A stretch of 64,000 nt of DNA, taken from the NCBI RefSeq assembly GCF_006345805.1, contig NC_042997.1, positions 154,380,001 through 154,444,000 on the forward strand, written 5' to 3'. A program made the position numbers and the translations under genes. Under the pieces are notes generated by a model that searched no databases, was not told where the DNA came from, and saw only the letters and a list, made by a program, of their open reading frames with translations. Shown here piece after piece: positions 1 through 13,065 of the stretch. This DNA comes from Octopus sinensis. Taxonomy: Eukaryota. Numbering within the stretch: the first letter of the stretch is position 1; each line of letters begins with the position of its first letter.

Positions 1-532
1 ACTGGGTTTATTTAAATGACAAAAGAAAAGAAAGAAAAAGGAAAAAGAAAGTAAATTATTGGTAAGTGAAAAAAGAAAAAAATAATGGTTAAGTTTTGGT
101 TGGATTTGTGTTTTACTTCTTTGCTGAAATGTAAAAATTGTTACATTATTGGATGTCATGAGAAGTAGAAGAGAGGAGATAAAAAAAAATGGGGGATGCT
201 TCTTTCTGTGAAAGATTCTACACTTAATTTTTTTTCATTGCATTTTGTGATCAGAAAACCTTTCATATGTCCTTCCTCTTATTAGTGATAATGATTAGAT
301 AAATAAAACTGTCATCTGTCATAATGTTGGCTTGTGTTATCAATAGACATTTCCACTTTACAAATGGTGGAAGAAGAAGAAAAAAATTACTTCAACATTA
401 AAAGAAAATGATAATAATTATTGGTTTAGCATTTTCAGTGTTTGGTCTCCTTAATTGGTATGATTGGAAACAACAGAACATCTCATAACATCCCAGAATC
501 TGCATTACCCTTATATTATCTATATTTCCTGT

Positions 533-868
533 GAAGGCACATGGCTCAGTGGTTAGAGCGTGGAGCTTACGATTGTGAGGTTGTGAGCTCGAATCCCCGG
601 ACTTGGCTGCGTGTTGTGTTCTTGAGCAAGACACTTTATTTCACGTTGCTCCAGTCCACTCAGCTGTAGAAATGAGTTGCAATGTCACAGGTGCCGAGCT
701 GTATCGGCCCTTGCTTTTCCCTTGGATTACACTCGTGGCGTGGAGAGGGGAGGCCGGTATGCATGGGCGACTGCGGGTCTTCCATAAAAAACTTGCCCGG
801 ACTTGTACCTTGAAGGGTAACTTTCTAGGTGCAGTCCCATTGTCAGTGTCATGACTGAAGGGGGTCTC
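533..868 (+). mobile_element. tRNA-derived SINE, family A (tail type 1)
   Basis: tRNA-like head with A box (TGGCTCAGTGG) and B box (GCTCGAATCC), central GTGTTCTTGAGCAAGACACTTTATTTCACG domain; near-identical copies at 18018 and 41952. Confidence 0.9.
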
Positions 869-1547
869 AGAATTTCCTGTATGGTAAAGAAGCATTGACA
901 ATATGCCAGAACGATTGAATATATTAAAAGTCTTTCAAGTGATATCATCATAGTTTTAACATCCACTTTTTCTTGCTTCCATTGGTCAAACAGAATTCAC
1001 TGTGGCTAATTTTCTGCTGTAGGATGTCCTTGTTTTTTAAGCAAGATCATATTTCCTCATAATTGAGCATGCCTTTATGGAAGATTAGAAATACCACTTG
1101 CATAACGAAACAAGGATGTCCACATACACAACAAGCTTCTTTCAATTTTCATTTATCAAATCACTTCACCAAGCTTCAGTCAGGTCAGCTTTATGGTAGA
1201 AAACACCCAATGGGTCATGCAGTGGGAATGAATCTGAAACTATATAGTTCTAAAGCATTTTTTAAGCACACAAACATGCTTGTGCCTCATCAAATCTGCA
1301 GTATTTTGCAGATTAAGAATATGTTGAATGCCCACTAACAATGATCAGAGGTTGTAATCATTTCTGAGTTAATTCAGAAACGATTTTTCTGGTGAGACCA
1401 TCTGAATCAAATGGATAATTTAGAACAACCTTTTAAACTACTTACATTGCTGGTCACAAAATTGGAAAATGCAGACAAGAACACTGAAAACGATCCAAAA
1501 AAGATCTGGAGAAACAAAAGTTAGCCATTAAAAGTGATTTTTAAAAA

Positions 1548-1938
1548 TTTGTTTCAGTCAATTGACTGCAGCCATGCTGGAGCACCACCTTTTAGTCGAG
1601 CAAATCGACCATGAGACTTTTTCTTTGTAAGCCCAGTACTTATTCTATCGGTTTCTTTTGCTGAACTGCTAATTTATGGGGATGTAAGTAAACACACCAG
1701 CATCAGTTGTCAAGCGATGTTGGGGGGACAAACACAGACACAAACATATACACATACATATATATACATATATGTGACAGGCTTCTTTCAGTTTCTGTCT
1801 ACCAAAATCCACTCACAAGGCTTTGGTTAGCCCAAGGCTATAGCAGAAGACACTTGCCCAAGGTACCATGCAATGGGACTGAACCTGGAACCATGTGGTT
1901 GGTAAAGCAAGCTACTTACCCCACAACTACTCTTATGC
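1548..1938 (-). mobile_element. tRNA-derived SINE, family B (internal CA/TA microsatellite)
   Basis: Homologous to copies at 20090, 43222 and 62229; minus-strand head GGTTCCAGGTTCAGTCCC...CCTTGGGCAAG. Confidence 0.88.
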
Positions 1939-2304
1939 ATTAGTGATGTACAACTAACAAGAAAAAAATGTTGAAGAAAATTGTGTGAGTGACAGATAGA
2001 AATAGAAGAGAGATGGATCAGAAGGATCATTCTGAGGTCCCTCTCTGACTAAAGATTCATAATGAATCAGAGCATACGAAGCAAAAATAATCTCTACTTA
2101 TTTACTTATGCCATACCAATGATACTGTACACATGTGAAGAACAAAATACTGCCAGACCAGAGGAACAGTGAATGTAAGCTAATAAAACAAATTTTACAG
2201 TGCTGTTGCTGCTTAATATGTATTTTCAACTATTATCTAGGTTATAGTTTATAATGTAACAAGATACAAAGTGCTAACTAACTTCATAGCAGACTAATCT
2301 CTTG

Positions 2305-2508
2305 GACTGGCAGAATTGTTAGTACGCCGGGTGAAATGCTTAGAGGTATTTCGTCTGCCGTTATGTTCTGAGTTCAAATTCTGCCAAGGTCGACTTTGCC
2401 TTTCATCCTTTCGGGGTTGATTAAATAAGAACCAGTTACTCACTGGGGTCGATGTAATCGACTTAATCCCTTTGTTTTTCCTTGTTTGTCCCCTCTATGG
2501 GTAGTGAA
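2305..2508 (+). mobile_element. SINE family C
   Basis: TTCTGAGTTCAAATTC...GGTCGACTTTGCCTTTCATCCTTTCGGGG signature shared with more than 10 copies in the window. Confidence 0.88.
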
Positions 2509-3455
2509 GAAAAAAAATCTCTACTCAAAACCCTTTGTTTGGAAAGCAACTTCAACATTTTAATGCCAGAAGCTTTCTGTCAAATTGGATTTTCCCTCTT
2601 CTGCAACTTCTTCAATATTTTCTGCATCCCTGAACTACTTGTTAATTGTATATAGACCACATAAAAACGTATTTGATGTCACTTTCTCAAATTTTCATAT
2701 GCACCTGAGCACTATATACAATAATTTCATTATATTATATATCATAACTATTAACCAATAGCAATTCAAAGTGTCAGTTAACTGCATTAAACAATTTTAT
2801 TTATTCTTATCCTTCTGTTTAGAAAAAAACTATGGGTAGATATTTTTTCACTTCCACAGACTAACTAAAAGAATATGAATTAATGTGAGATTCACAACAT
2901 AGTCATTTCATGTTCTATGAAAAACAGCAAAATCTCAATCAAACCACATCCTGTCTTATAAAAAGGATATATTAAATATCCCCTAAAACGATGGAACAGC
3001 TATGGTGGGAATGTTGATGAACTTAAGATCAGAAATGATCTTGGGCTCAACAATACAATAATTTCATTATATTATAAAAATATAAAGGATGAGAAAATTA
3101 GGTTTTAGAAAATTTTCTTGAAACTGTATAAAGGTTTAAAACAATGCTGAGAATTAAATGGAGTTGTAAAAATTATACTTGTTGCATGAATTATAGTTGG
3201 CAATCTACAGTTGTATTCTACTAACAAAAAAAAAAAAATAATAATGAAAAAATGAAGAAATTTTAGTTTAGGGAAAAGCAGTAGAGATTCAAAATCAACC
3301 TAGCAGCGCGTTAGTCGAACTAATATTGAATTACTAACAAAATTCAAGAACATTAAATGTCACAGGTGACTACTAAGGAAAATAATAGTCTTAGGAGTTA
3401 TGTCCCTTCCATAATAAATTTTGTTTATCAAATTATATTCCTTTATATATATATA

Positions 3456-3758
3456 CTAGCAGTATCGCCCGGCGTTGCTCGGATTTGTAAGGGAAATAAC
3501 TATATAAGCATTTTTAGAGAGTTACTTCCCTTATATAATAGCAAAAAATGCATTAAAAATGTGAAAAAAATTATGGTAAATTTTTTTTAAAATCGTAGAC
3601 TCATCGTAGACGCGCGCTAATACCCAGAAGGGCTCGATATGACTCACGACTATAAGATACCCGCTTTTGGTTAAACTGCACCGCAAAATGTGGGAGTAGT
3701 TAGGAATCTAAATCGTAGGAGACAGACACTCACACAACTACATTTTTATATATAAAGA
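3456..3758 (-). mobile_element. Non-autonomous Helitron (~300 bp)
   Basis: On minus strand: 5'-TC start, 3'-CTAG end, subterminal GC hairpin CCGAGCAACGCCGGG, inserted between A and T; second copy at 20844. Confidence 0.8.
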
Positions 3759-3904
3759 TTTATATTCCGTTAATAGTCACCTAATTTTTGCCTTACTGCA
3801 TATTTATTTCTAGATTGTTCCAGCACCGAAAATACAATAGATAAATAAATAAATAAAATAAAATAAAAAAAAAGTCTAACTTTTCTATATATGGATAGTA
3901 TCTT

Positions 3905-4075
3905 TCAGTTGTCCGTCTTTACGTTCTTAGTTCAAATGCCACCGAGGTCGACTTTGCTTTCATCATTTCGGGGTCGATAAAATAAATATCAGTTGAGTAC
4001 TGAGGTCGATGTAATCGGCTTACACTTTCCCCACGAAATTGCTGGCCTTGTGCCAAAACCTGAAACGAATACTTT
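3905..4075 (+). mobile_element. SINE family C, degenerate
   Basis: TTCTTAGTTCAAATGCCACCGAGGTCGACTTTGC signature. Confidence 0.75.
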
Positions 4076-4699
4076 AAGGAATTCTATCAATATTTTATCG
4101 TAATTCTTACATCACTATTGAGGCTTACACATTGAAATTTACGCTTCGCCAAAATTGGGCTGTTGCACGTCCAAATTTATGTTCTGCATTTATCAGAGAA
4201 ATGATTTAAAAGGAATATTAACTAGTGACTAATATTTTTTTTTTACTAACCTCATCGTTATTTTTACTTTACTTTTTAAAGCTCCATGATTGAATACATT
4301 AATTAATCTTTTTTCTAGATTTTTGATATAGTATTACTCGACGACCTCTTAATTCAGCACGCACATGACGTATTATGATATTCACTTTCTAGAAATTATA
4401 CTTTTAAACTAAAGCAAATGCATATTTCTATATATTTTCTTACGTTTTATTCATTTCATCCAACTAAGTTACAAGGTTACGACGTTACAAGAGAGGTAAC
4501 TCATAAAACTACATTTTACTTGAGTTGTTACCCTTGAAATTTATTTTTATTGTTTTATTTTATATGTTGTTACCAATACTATTGAAGAAATTTTAAAACT
4601 GGTTCTACATAAGCACCGCTGGAAAAATTCCAAACCTCTGTTTGTCTTCTTACATCTAACATTTCTTTGTTTCTTTAATTTAAACAATAACTTTCTACT

Positions 4700-4898
4700 A
4701 TAGGCCATGGCCTGGATGTTTGTACGGAGGAGGAGAATCGATTACATCAACCTCAGTACTTGACTGGTACTTAAATTATCGACTCCGAAAAGATAAAAGT
4801 AAAAGTCGACCTCGGTGGAATTTGAACTCAGAACGTAACGACAGACGAAATATCGATAAGCATTTCGTCCGACTAACGATTCTGCCAACTCGCTGCCT
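4700..4898 (-). mobile_element. SINE family C
   Basis: Reverse complement of the family C body (AAAGTCGACCTCGGTGGAATTTGAACTCAGAACG). Confidence 0.8.
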
Positions 4899-4939
4899 TG
4901 ACGATGACGACGACGACGACGACGACGACGATGAGGAGA

Positions 4940-7900
4940 ACAAAACCGGCGGAGGATTGTCTCAATAAAAACACTGCTGGCCGTGACACCTCATTTACAC
5001 TGTCCTCTTTGTGCGTGTAATGCCAAATAGAAATAATCACAACTGGGTTCATGAAACCCGAACCCCGACTGAAGGTTTCTTACTCGGCAAATGTTCTACT
5101 GCGCAGCAAGGTGGGACCGGTCGTTGTTCAAATACTGCCACAAATATTAAGAGAAAATGGACTCAAAATGACAATAGAACTGTAATGGAATGCTATTACA
5201 GAAGCTAGCCTACCTAAATAGGATACCGGAAACGAATGCATAAAACAAAGAGTTTCAAGCCCAAAGAATTTAATCGTGAAAAGGTAGTGGATATCTTAGC
5301 TGAAACTGGAGATCTCCACAATAGTGTAAAGATGTGGACGTAACTACGCTGAAAACGAAGAACAAAAGGTGGAGCAAGAACAGAGATTAGAAGAGGGACA
5401 AATGAATCTCCACAAAAGAAATAGCTGCCTGATTGAATGTAAATTCTATTTTGTGGAGGGAAAGATTATTACACAAACAGAAAGAAACTGAATACTACAG
5501 CTCAATGAGGCACAAAATAGCGAAAGAGGGGAGCTACCAGCCCTGAGAGGAATCGAAAGAGGAAACCTATATAAGGTAGTGAAAAAGATGGACGTACTGT
5601 TAACAAAAACCTACATCGAAAACAAAACAGATCTAATGGCCTGTGCAGCATTTTTTACTGTGCAACCCTTGGAGTTAAAAGTAAAAAAACAAACAAAGGA
5701 CAAAGCTCCATGGTGGGAACGAAGGTTTGAGGACCAAACTGGACAGCACAGTAGAGATCTTAGACGGATAAATGTAATCATAGTAAAGAGGTGGGGTGAA
5801 GAAAAGACACAGGAACCAACTGCAAAGGAGACACAACATAAAACAGAAAGGGTTGCAAGCAGTTACAAAAATTTATAAAAAATCAACGCAGTGTCAGGTG
5901 ATAAAAACAGATACTAACAGAGAACACATCAGTATCAGCAGAATAGACTCTTCAAGAACAACGAATTCTGGGCAAAAATTTGGAGCAAAGCAGTTCAGCA
6001 TCATATAAAAGAAGACTGGTTACTGGAATTTGAAAGAGAAATAGCAGAGGAAATGACGCAAGAAAATATAGCAATCAGAGATGAGAAAGTAAAAGAGGTA
6101 ATAAAAAAAACTAAAATGGAAAGCCCTCGGATCAGATGGTGTCCAGGGTTTCTGGTTAAAAAACCTCCCAAATATACAAATACATAAATGGAACACCAGC
6201 ATGGATGATAAAAGGAAGGACAGTACTGATACAGAAAGACAAAGGAATATATGGTAAATCAGCAATTATAGGTTCACGGCCTGCTGACCATTACTCTGGA
6301 TACTATTAATCGACCTCACAGTCGATGGAGTATATGATGTTCTGGAAAAGGAAAACCTGCAGACAGAGGAGCAAAAAGGATGTAGGAAGAAATCAAGAGG
6401 AACTGCTTATCTGCTATGGATAGGAGAATATTAAATGAAGTATGAGTAAGGAGGAAGAATTTAGCTGTTGGATGGATAGGTTACAGCATCACACACAACT
6501 GGCTCTTGGAATGTCCGAGGACGCTCTGAGTCAATGAGAAGATAACTTTTTGGATAAAGCAATGAGTGTTGGAAGTAGAACTGACATGTGCAAATGAATC
6601 GCAAAGCAACAAGAAAATGCAGAGAGGCGTTTTCCAAGGAGACTCACTCTCTTTGTTACTCTTCGTCATTGTACTAATCCCTCTGACAAGTATACTGAGA
6701 AAATCCAGGCCTGCCTATGAGCTTACCAAAACCAAGATATAAATCATAGATTTTTCAATTCGTTATGATAGCAGAGTCGTTATCAAAGAAATTTTAAAAA
6801 ATGAGAAATGCCAGGATCACCTGAGGAAACTGGAAGACCAAGACAAGTTATTCCTGTAGTAATGGGTGACCTCGAGGTATATACAAAAAATGAACTAGAC
6901 TTGGATTCTATGAACCAAACAGTGAGAGTATTCGGGAAAGACAATGGAATACTGTTTGGGACAGACAAGTGCGCAATACTAATTAAAAGAGGCCAGAAGA
7001 CAAAATCTGATGACATAAAATTAACCATAAAACAACACTATTAGATCGCTGCGGAATAATGAGAGACAGAAATATCTAGGAGTGCTGCAAGACGCAAAGA
7101 TAATGGAAAGAGAAATGAGAGAGAAAGTCACCAAAGAGTACAAAAGGAGAATTAGGAATTAAATGGAGGAAACATCGTTAAAACCATAAATACTTGAACT
7201 ATATCGATATTGAGATGTCCTGCTCCTTTTCTGAAATGAACAGTTGTTGAGCTGTGGAACTTGGATAGAAGAACCAGAAAGTTCTTACAATACACAACGC
7301 ACTCCATCCTAAAAGTGATACCGACCGATTCTAATTGTCGAGAAGAGAATGTGATAGAGGATTACTAAACACGAAAGGAACTGTTGGTATTGTGATACTG
7401 CGACTGGAAAATTATGTTGTACAATCTAAAAGAAAGAATACTTTCAACAGCCGGAGTAACTCCCAAAGGAAGAACAACAGAATAAGAAAATGGAAAGAAA
7501 TGGAACTGCATGGCCAATTCATGCAGCAAACCGAAAATATTGGAAATGAAGATCATTAGTTTTAGTTGATGGACGAGAACGTGAAACTAGAAACAGATAC
7601 GGTAATTTTAGCCGTTCAGGAAAAAGGCCTTAGAAAAAATTTGATAACGGTAACGATCGCCAAAACTTGGTCAGACAGCAAATGTAGAAACTGTAGAAAA
7701 CGAAGGAGAATATCAGTCATATTTTGAGTGAGTGCAGTATATTATCACAAAAGGAGAATAAACGTAGACGTGACTGTGAAGGCAAAAGAGTGCTTTGGGA
7801 TATTAGCAAAGTTTGTAGCTTCAAAACAACAGTAAAAGTGGTATGAACACGAACCAGTGGCTGTGATAGAAAATGAGAAGATTTTCTGAGACTTCGCCAT

Positions 7901-8293
7901 AGAAACCGACCATACTATTGAGGCAAGAATACCAGACATGATTAAAGAGAACAAAATAAACAAATATTATAAAATCATAGATTTTGCAATTTGTTATGAT
8001 GGCAGAGTCGATACCAAAGAAATTGAATAAATTGAGAAATACCAGGATCAGCTGAGGAAACTGGAAGACCAAGATAAGTTATTCTTGTAGTAATTGGTGC
8101 ACTTGGCACAACACTCAAAACGTTGCCTAAAAAACTGAAAGAAATTGGAATTGAAACTTACATTGTCGACCTGCAGAAAATTACCATCATATATTCTGCA
8201 AGAATCCTAGGAATGGTTGTTGAGATTTGAAGAGACTTGTTGCTAAACCTCAAGATAAAATACCTGCTAACTAAATTAGTATGCACAAGCGAA
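4940..8293 (+). mobile_element. Near full-length, decayed R4/Dong-type non-LTR retrotransposon (copy 1)
   Basis: Frameshifted translation: N-terminal KWTQNDNRTVMECYYRS, RT remnants (QKGCRKKSRGT, FQGDSLSLLLF), C-terminal KLETDTVILAVQE, CRxC and RPDMIK..IIDFA REL-endonuclease remnants; ends in (GAT)n(AAT)n. Confidence 0.85.
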
Positions 8294-8338
8294 ATGATGA
8301 TGATGATGATGATGATGATTGATGATGAATGATGATGA

Positions 8339-8377
<39 letters not shown>

Positions 8378-8379
<2 letters not shown>

Positions 8380-9262
8380 GCAGCTTTAAAGAAACATACA
8401 AAGATGGCCGGCGTCAACTGAGAAACTGAACTGAAAACAAGAAATATGGACGGAGCAAAAAAATGTACGGTCAGCTTACAAGAGATGTGAACACCAAGAC
8501 AAATACAGAGGACCGGTGGCTATGGATGAGGAGAAGTGACCTGAAGATAGAGACAGAAGTATTCATGTGCACAGCTCAAGAACAAGCGTTAAGGACCAAC
8601 TATGTGAAGAGCAGTATAGGTAACACTACTGATAGCAGCAAATTCAGAATGTGTGGTGAGAGGGGTGAAACGGTATGGCTCATCTTTAGCGAATGCACAA
8701 ATGCACAAATTGGCACAAAGCGAGTACAAAAGACACCATGACATTGTGGCAAGAACGATCCATTGGGAGATCTGTGGAAATTACGGCCTATAAAGAGCAA
8801 AGACGTGGTATGAGAAGCCCCAAAAAGAGTCATCGAAAATGAGAATTGCAAAATCCTGTGGGATGCAATGATTCCGTGTCATCACGTCAACAGACATGTG
8901 GGGAATAAAAAAGAAAGAACAAGCATGATAATCGACATACCATGCCCCGGTGACAACAAGATCAATAAGAAAGAAGATGAAAAAATAAACGACTATGATG
9001 ATTTAAAGTGAGAAATACTAAGGTTGTGGTCAATGAGGAGAATAGACGTGATACCAATAGTAATTGGCTCACTTGAAAGTATCTGCATTCAATTACCAAC
9101 ATGGCTGAAAAAGATTGGTGCAAAAATCAGCATTGCTTGGAACTGCAAGAATTCTTCGCAGGGTTCTTGAAGCATGAACAGTAAACAGGTGTCACCTTAA
9201 TATCCTGGCTGTTTACTGCTGACTCTTTCTACCATACCAGGCAAACTAAGCTGTGAGTTTTC

Positions 9263-9264
<2 letters not shown>
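8378..9264 (+). mobile_element. 5'-truncated R4/Dong-type LINE (copy 2)
   Basis: LKIETEVFMCTAQEQALRTNY, FRMCGERGETV (zinc knuckle), KILWDAMI and IIDIPCP motifs; (AAT)n on both sides. Confidence 0.85.
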
Positions 9265-9311
<47 letters not shown>

Positions 9312-9327
9312 TATAATAATAATAATA

Positions 9328-9374
<47 letters not shown>

Positions 9375-9458
9375 GAAAAGAAGAAGAAGAAGAAGAAGAA
9401 GAAGAAGAAGAAGAAGAAGAAGAAGAAGAAGAAGAAGAAGAAGAAGAAGAAGAAAAAG
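9265..9458 (+). repeat. Compound microsatellite (AAT)n-(GAT)n-(GAA)n
   Basis: Read directly from sequence. Confidence 0.97.
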
Positions 9459-10266
9459 AATGGTGGCACAAGATCAAAGCTTGTGTACAAAAAACTACCA
9501 GGCTAACGTTCTTCAAAACGGTTCTGACACTAAATGCAGATTCTGCGACACATTTGATGAAACAATAGACCTTCTCGTCTCGGGATGTCCTGTATTGACA
9601 TCAAACGAATACAAAAATCGCCACGATAAGGTAGGACTGTATTTACACTGGAAAATATATAAACATTACAAAATCAGCACTCCTGCTTACTGGTATGAAC
9701 ATCACTCCTAGCCAGTCGTTGAAGCTAAAAATGTCGCTATCCTCTAGGATTTTCCAGTCAACACTGACAGAACGATCTAGGCTAATCGACCAAGTATAAT
9801 CATTAAAGACAAGGAAGAAAATACTTGTAGACTAATAGATGTAGGTGTTCCCACTGATAAAAATATAATTTGTAAAGGAAGTTGACAAGTTAAGTAAATA
9901 TAAGGACCTGGAAATTGAAATGCAAAATATGTGACATCTGAAAGCGAGAACTGTTCCTGCTTTTGCAGGTTCTCTAGGTGTAATAAAAAGGGATGTCAGA
10001 AACACCTAGATAAGATCCCAGGAGAACCATACCTCAGAGAAATTCAAAGAATTGTGCTGACAAGCACTGCCCACATCCCTAGAAAAACCCTTTCCATTTA
10101 AATGTCTGTGTTGTATTACATGAAGATATTTCGCTGCTGCCCCTGGTACTTCTCCTCCTCAAGCTTTCAGTCAAACTGTAACATCTCTTATCCTTCACTC
10201 ATCCCAGGACGCTGGGTGTGCCTCGGCAAGTGATTGTAACAAACATGCAGATTCAAATAAATAAAT
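9459..10266 (+). mobile_element. 5'-truncated R4/Dong-type LINE (copy 3)
   Basis: AQDQSLCTKNYQ, CRFCDTFDETIDLLVSGC (CCHC-type knuckle), RHDKVGLYLHW, NRPSIII..LIDVGVP; followed by (AAT)n. Confidence 0.85.
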
Positions 10267-10267
10267 G

Positions 10268-10317
<50 letters not shown>

Positions 10318-10318
<1 letters not shown>

Positions 10319-12629
10319 TCTAACAGGAATGCACAAAAAGCTGGCTGAAAACTTTAACAATATACTAGCAGAGCCAGAGACAATGTCTGAATGGCTCACG
10401 AAGGGGAAAACCATCTTAATTCCCAAATCAAATGAAACAGCAAAACCAGAAAACTACAGACCAATAACCTGCCTCCCTACTATGTTCAAGGCATTTACTG
10501 CAGTGATATCGCAAAGGCTGAACAAGCACCTGGACGAAAACAAACTGTTCCCAGAAGAGCAGAAAGGATGCCGCAAAGGCTCATATGGCTGTAAAGATCA
10601 ACTAATGATTAATAAAGCCATAACTGAAGACAGCCACAGAAAGAAGAAAGGCCTCAGTATGGCCTGGATTGACTACAAAAAGGCGTTTGATAGCATCCCC
10701 CACACATGGATCCTCGAAACACTAGCCATTAACAAAGTAGCACCAACAATCATAAAATTCATAGAGCACTCTATGAATAAATGGCAAACAGTCCTACACC
10801 TCCAAACAAAAGAGGGACTCATGAAAACCAAAGACATCCCCATTAGAAGAGGAATATTCCAGGGAGACACGCTCTCTCCACTCCTTTTCTGCTTGGCACT
10901 GTCACCTCTATCTGATATGCTAAATAGAACTGGATGCGGATATAAATGTTACGGCAAAACGATCAGCCACCTTTTATATATGGATGACCTAAACTATACG
11001 CTGCAAATGACAAACAGCTGGAAACACTATTAAAGACAGTTCATGGATTTACCAAAGAAATAGATATGAAATTTGGATTAGAAAAATGCGCCAAAGTAAC
11101 CATGAAAAGAGGAAAACTAGTTAAGAGTAACAACATCACACTAGATAAAACCAATGAAATAAAAGAATTAGACCAAAGCCAAACTTACAAATACTTAGGA
11201 ATCCATGAACTAGATAAGACACAACACACACAAATGAAAGAGAAAATAAAAAAAGAATATTATAGACGAGTTAGATCAATACTAAAAACAGAGCTCAATG
11301 CTAAAAACAAGATAATAGGTATCAACACTTTAGCTGTCCCAGTTATAAGTTACAGCTACAATATCCTTAACTGGACACGAAATGAACTGACCAAAATAGA
11401 TAGGAAAACAAGAAAAATAATGACAGGATCTAGGATGCATCACCCAAAATCTGACATAGAAAGACTATATATACAACGTATAGAAGGTGGTAGAGGCCTT
11501 ATACAGCTGGAAAACTACTATAAAATAACCACCATAGGACTGCAAAAATATCTACATCAGAAGGAAGGAAAACTGATCCAGATAGCGGCAAAACACGAGC
11601 AAATCAAAAAACTGTTCTCAGTATTTAAGGAAGCTGACAAATACAAACAGGAAATCATACCACCTAATAAACATGAAGAAGAAGAAGAAGATGAAGAAAC
11701 AACAAAAGCTATAAAACAAATGAAATCCAAACTAAAAATAGAACAGCAACGAACCATGATAAAACGATGGCAAGAAAAGCCCCTTCATGGTAAATACTGC
11801 ACTAAACTAAACGCAAAAGAAATAGACAAAGAAAAATCCCAGCAATGGTTGAGAAGCTCAGGACTCAAAGCAGAAACAGAGGGATTTTTAATTGCAGCAC
11901 AAGACCAAAGCCTCCCCACCAGAAATTACCAAAAACATGTAATGAAAAGAAATAATACAAGTAACTGCAGAATATGTGGAGATGGACAAGAAACAATAAA
12001 TCATATTATCTCTAGCTGCCCAGTGCTGGCTAAGAAGGAATATATTCACAGACATGACAGAGTTGGAACCTACATACAATGGAAGCTATGCCAACATTAT
12101 GGAATAACAACAGAAAAAAGATGGTATAGGCACACACCAGAAAAGGTCACAGAAAACGAGAAAGCAACCATACTCTGGGATATGCCGATACATACAGATA
12201 GAGAAATTAAGGCCAACAGACCAGATATAGTTGTCAGAGATCATGAAAAAAAATGCTTTCTAATTGATGTATCAATACCGGCAGATGACAACGTTTCTCT
12301 AAAAGAAATGGAGAAACTCTCAAAATACAAAGACCTAGAAATAGAGGTAACTAGAATGTGGAATCTGAAAACAGAAACAATTCCTATCATAGTAGGTGCA
12401 TTAGGCATGATAAAAAAATATTGAGACAAATACATAACAAAAACACCAGGACTTACAAACACATATAACATACAGAAAATTGCACTACTAGGCACTGCAC
12501 ACATCCTACGCAGAACACTTTCCATACAATAACCATTAGAGCATCACAACAAATCACAACACATACCCAAGGCACACAGAGCTGCGCTCGGTAGTGAAGT
12601 GAAAGCATGCTATAAAAATAAAACTACTG
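10318..12629 (+). mobile_element. Young 5'-truncated R4/Dong-type LINE (copy 4): RT + CCHC + REL endonuclease
   Basis: ORFs 10329-11033 (NYRPITCL, WIDYKKAFDS, QGDTLSP, YMDD) and 11066-12424 (CRICGDGQETINHIISSC, RPDIVV, LIDVSIP, EKLSKYKDL); one frameshift just after YMDD and one in-frame TGA at 12422, after which the frame continues to TAA 12532; (AAT)n flanks. Confidence 0.93.
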
Positions 12630-12679
12630 AATAATAATAATAATAATAATAATAACTATTATTACTATTCTTTCAAATT

Positions 12680-13065
12680 TTAGGCACAAGGCCAGTAATG
12701 TTTTACGGGGAGGGTTTAGTCGAATATATCGACCCCCAATAAATAAATGGTACTTATATTGTTGACTCCGATAGACTGGGAATGCAAAGTGTTTGATTTC
12801 GGTAGGATTTGAATTCAGAACATAAAGCGACAGAAGAAATACCGCAAAGCATTTGTGCTACGCGCTAAGATAAGCAGTTTTGGGGCGGAGGAAAGAGTCG
12901 ATTACATCGATCAGAGTACATAATTGGCCCTTCTTTTTATCAACCCTGGAGGAATGAAAGGCATAATTGACCTCAGCGAAATTAGAACTCAGAACGTAAA
13001 GAACCAGAAAAGCCTGTAATATATTTTTCCCGACGTTCGAACGAGTCTGCCATCAAAATTAGATA
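12680..13065 (-). mobile_element. Two tandem degenerate SINE family C copies
   Basis: Two GGATTTGAATTCAGAAC / AATTAGAACTCAGAACG blocks with upstream TCGACC/TCGATC motifs. Confidence 0.65.

Noticed and set aside
533-610. tRNA gene-like sequence (also at 18018, 37646, 41952)
   Set aside because: A and B boxes continue into a SINE body; no complete cloverleaf
4940-5030. HDV-like ribozyme expected at the 5' end of an R4-type element
   Set aside because: Only a simple hairpin found; no nested double pseudoknot
9253-9711. 152-aa ORF with poly-I/M/K/R
   Set aside because: Microsatellite read-through into a LINE fragment; not a gene
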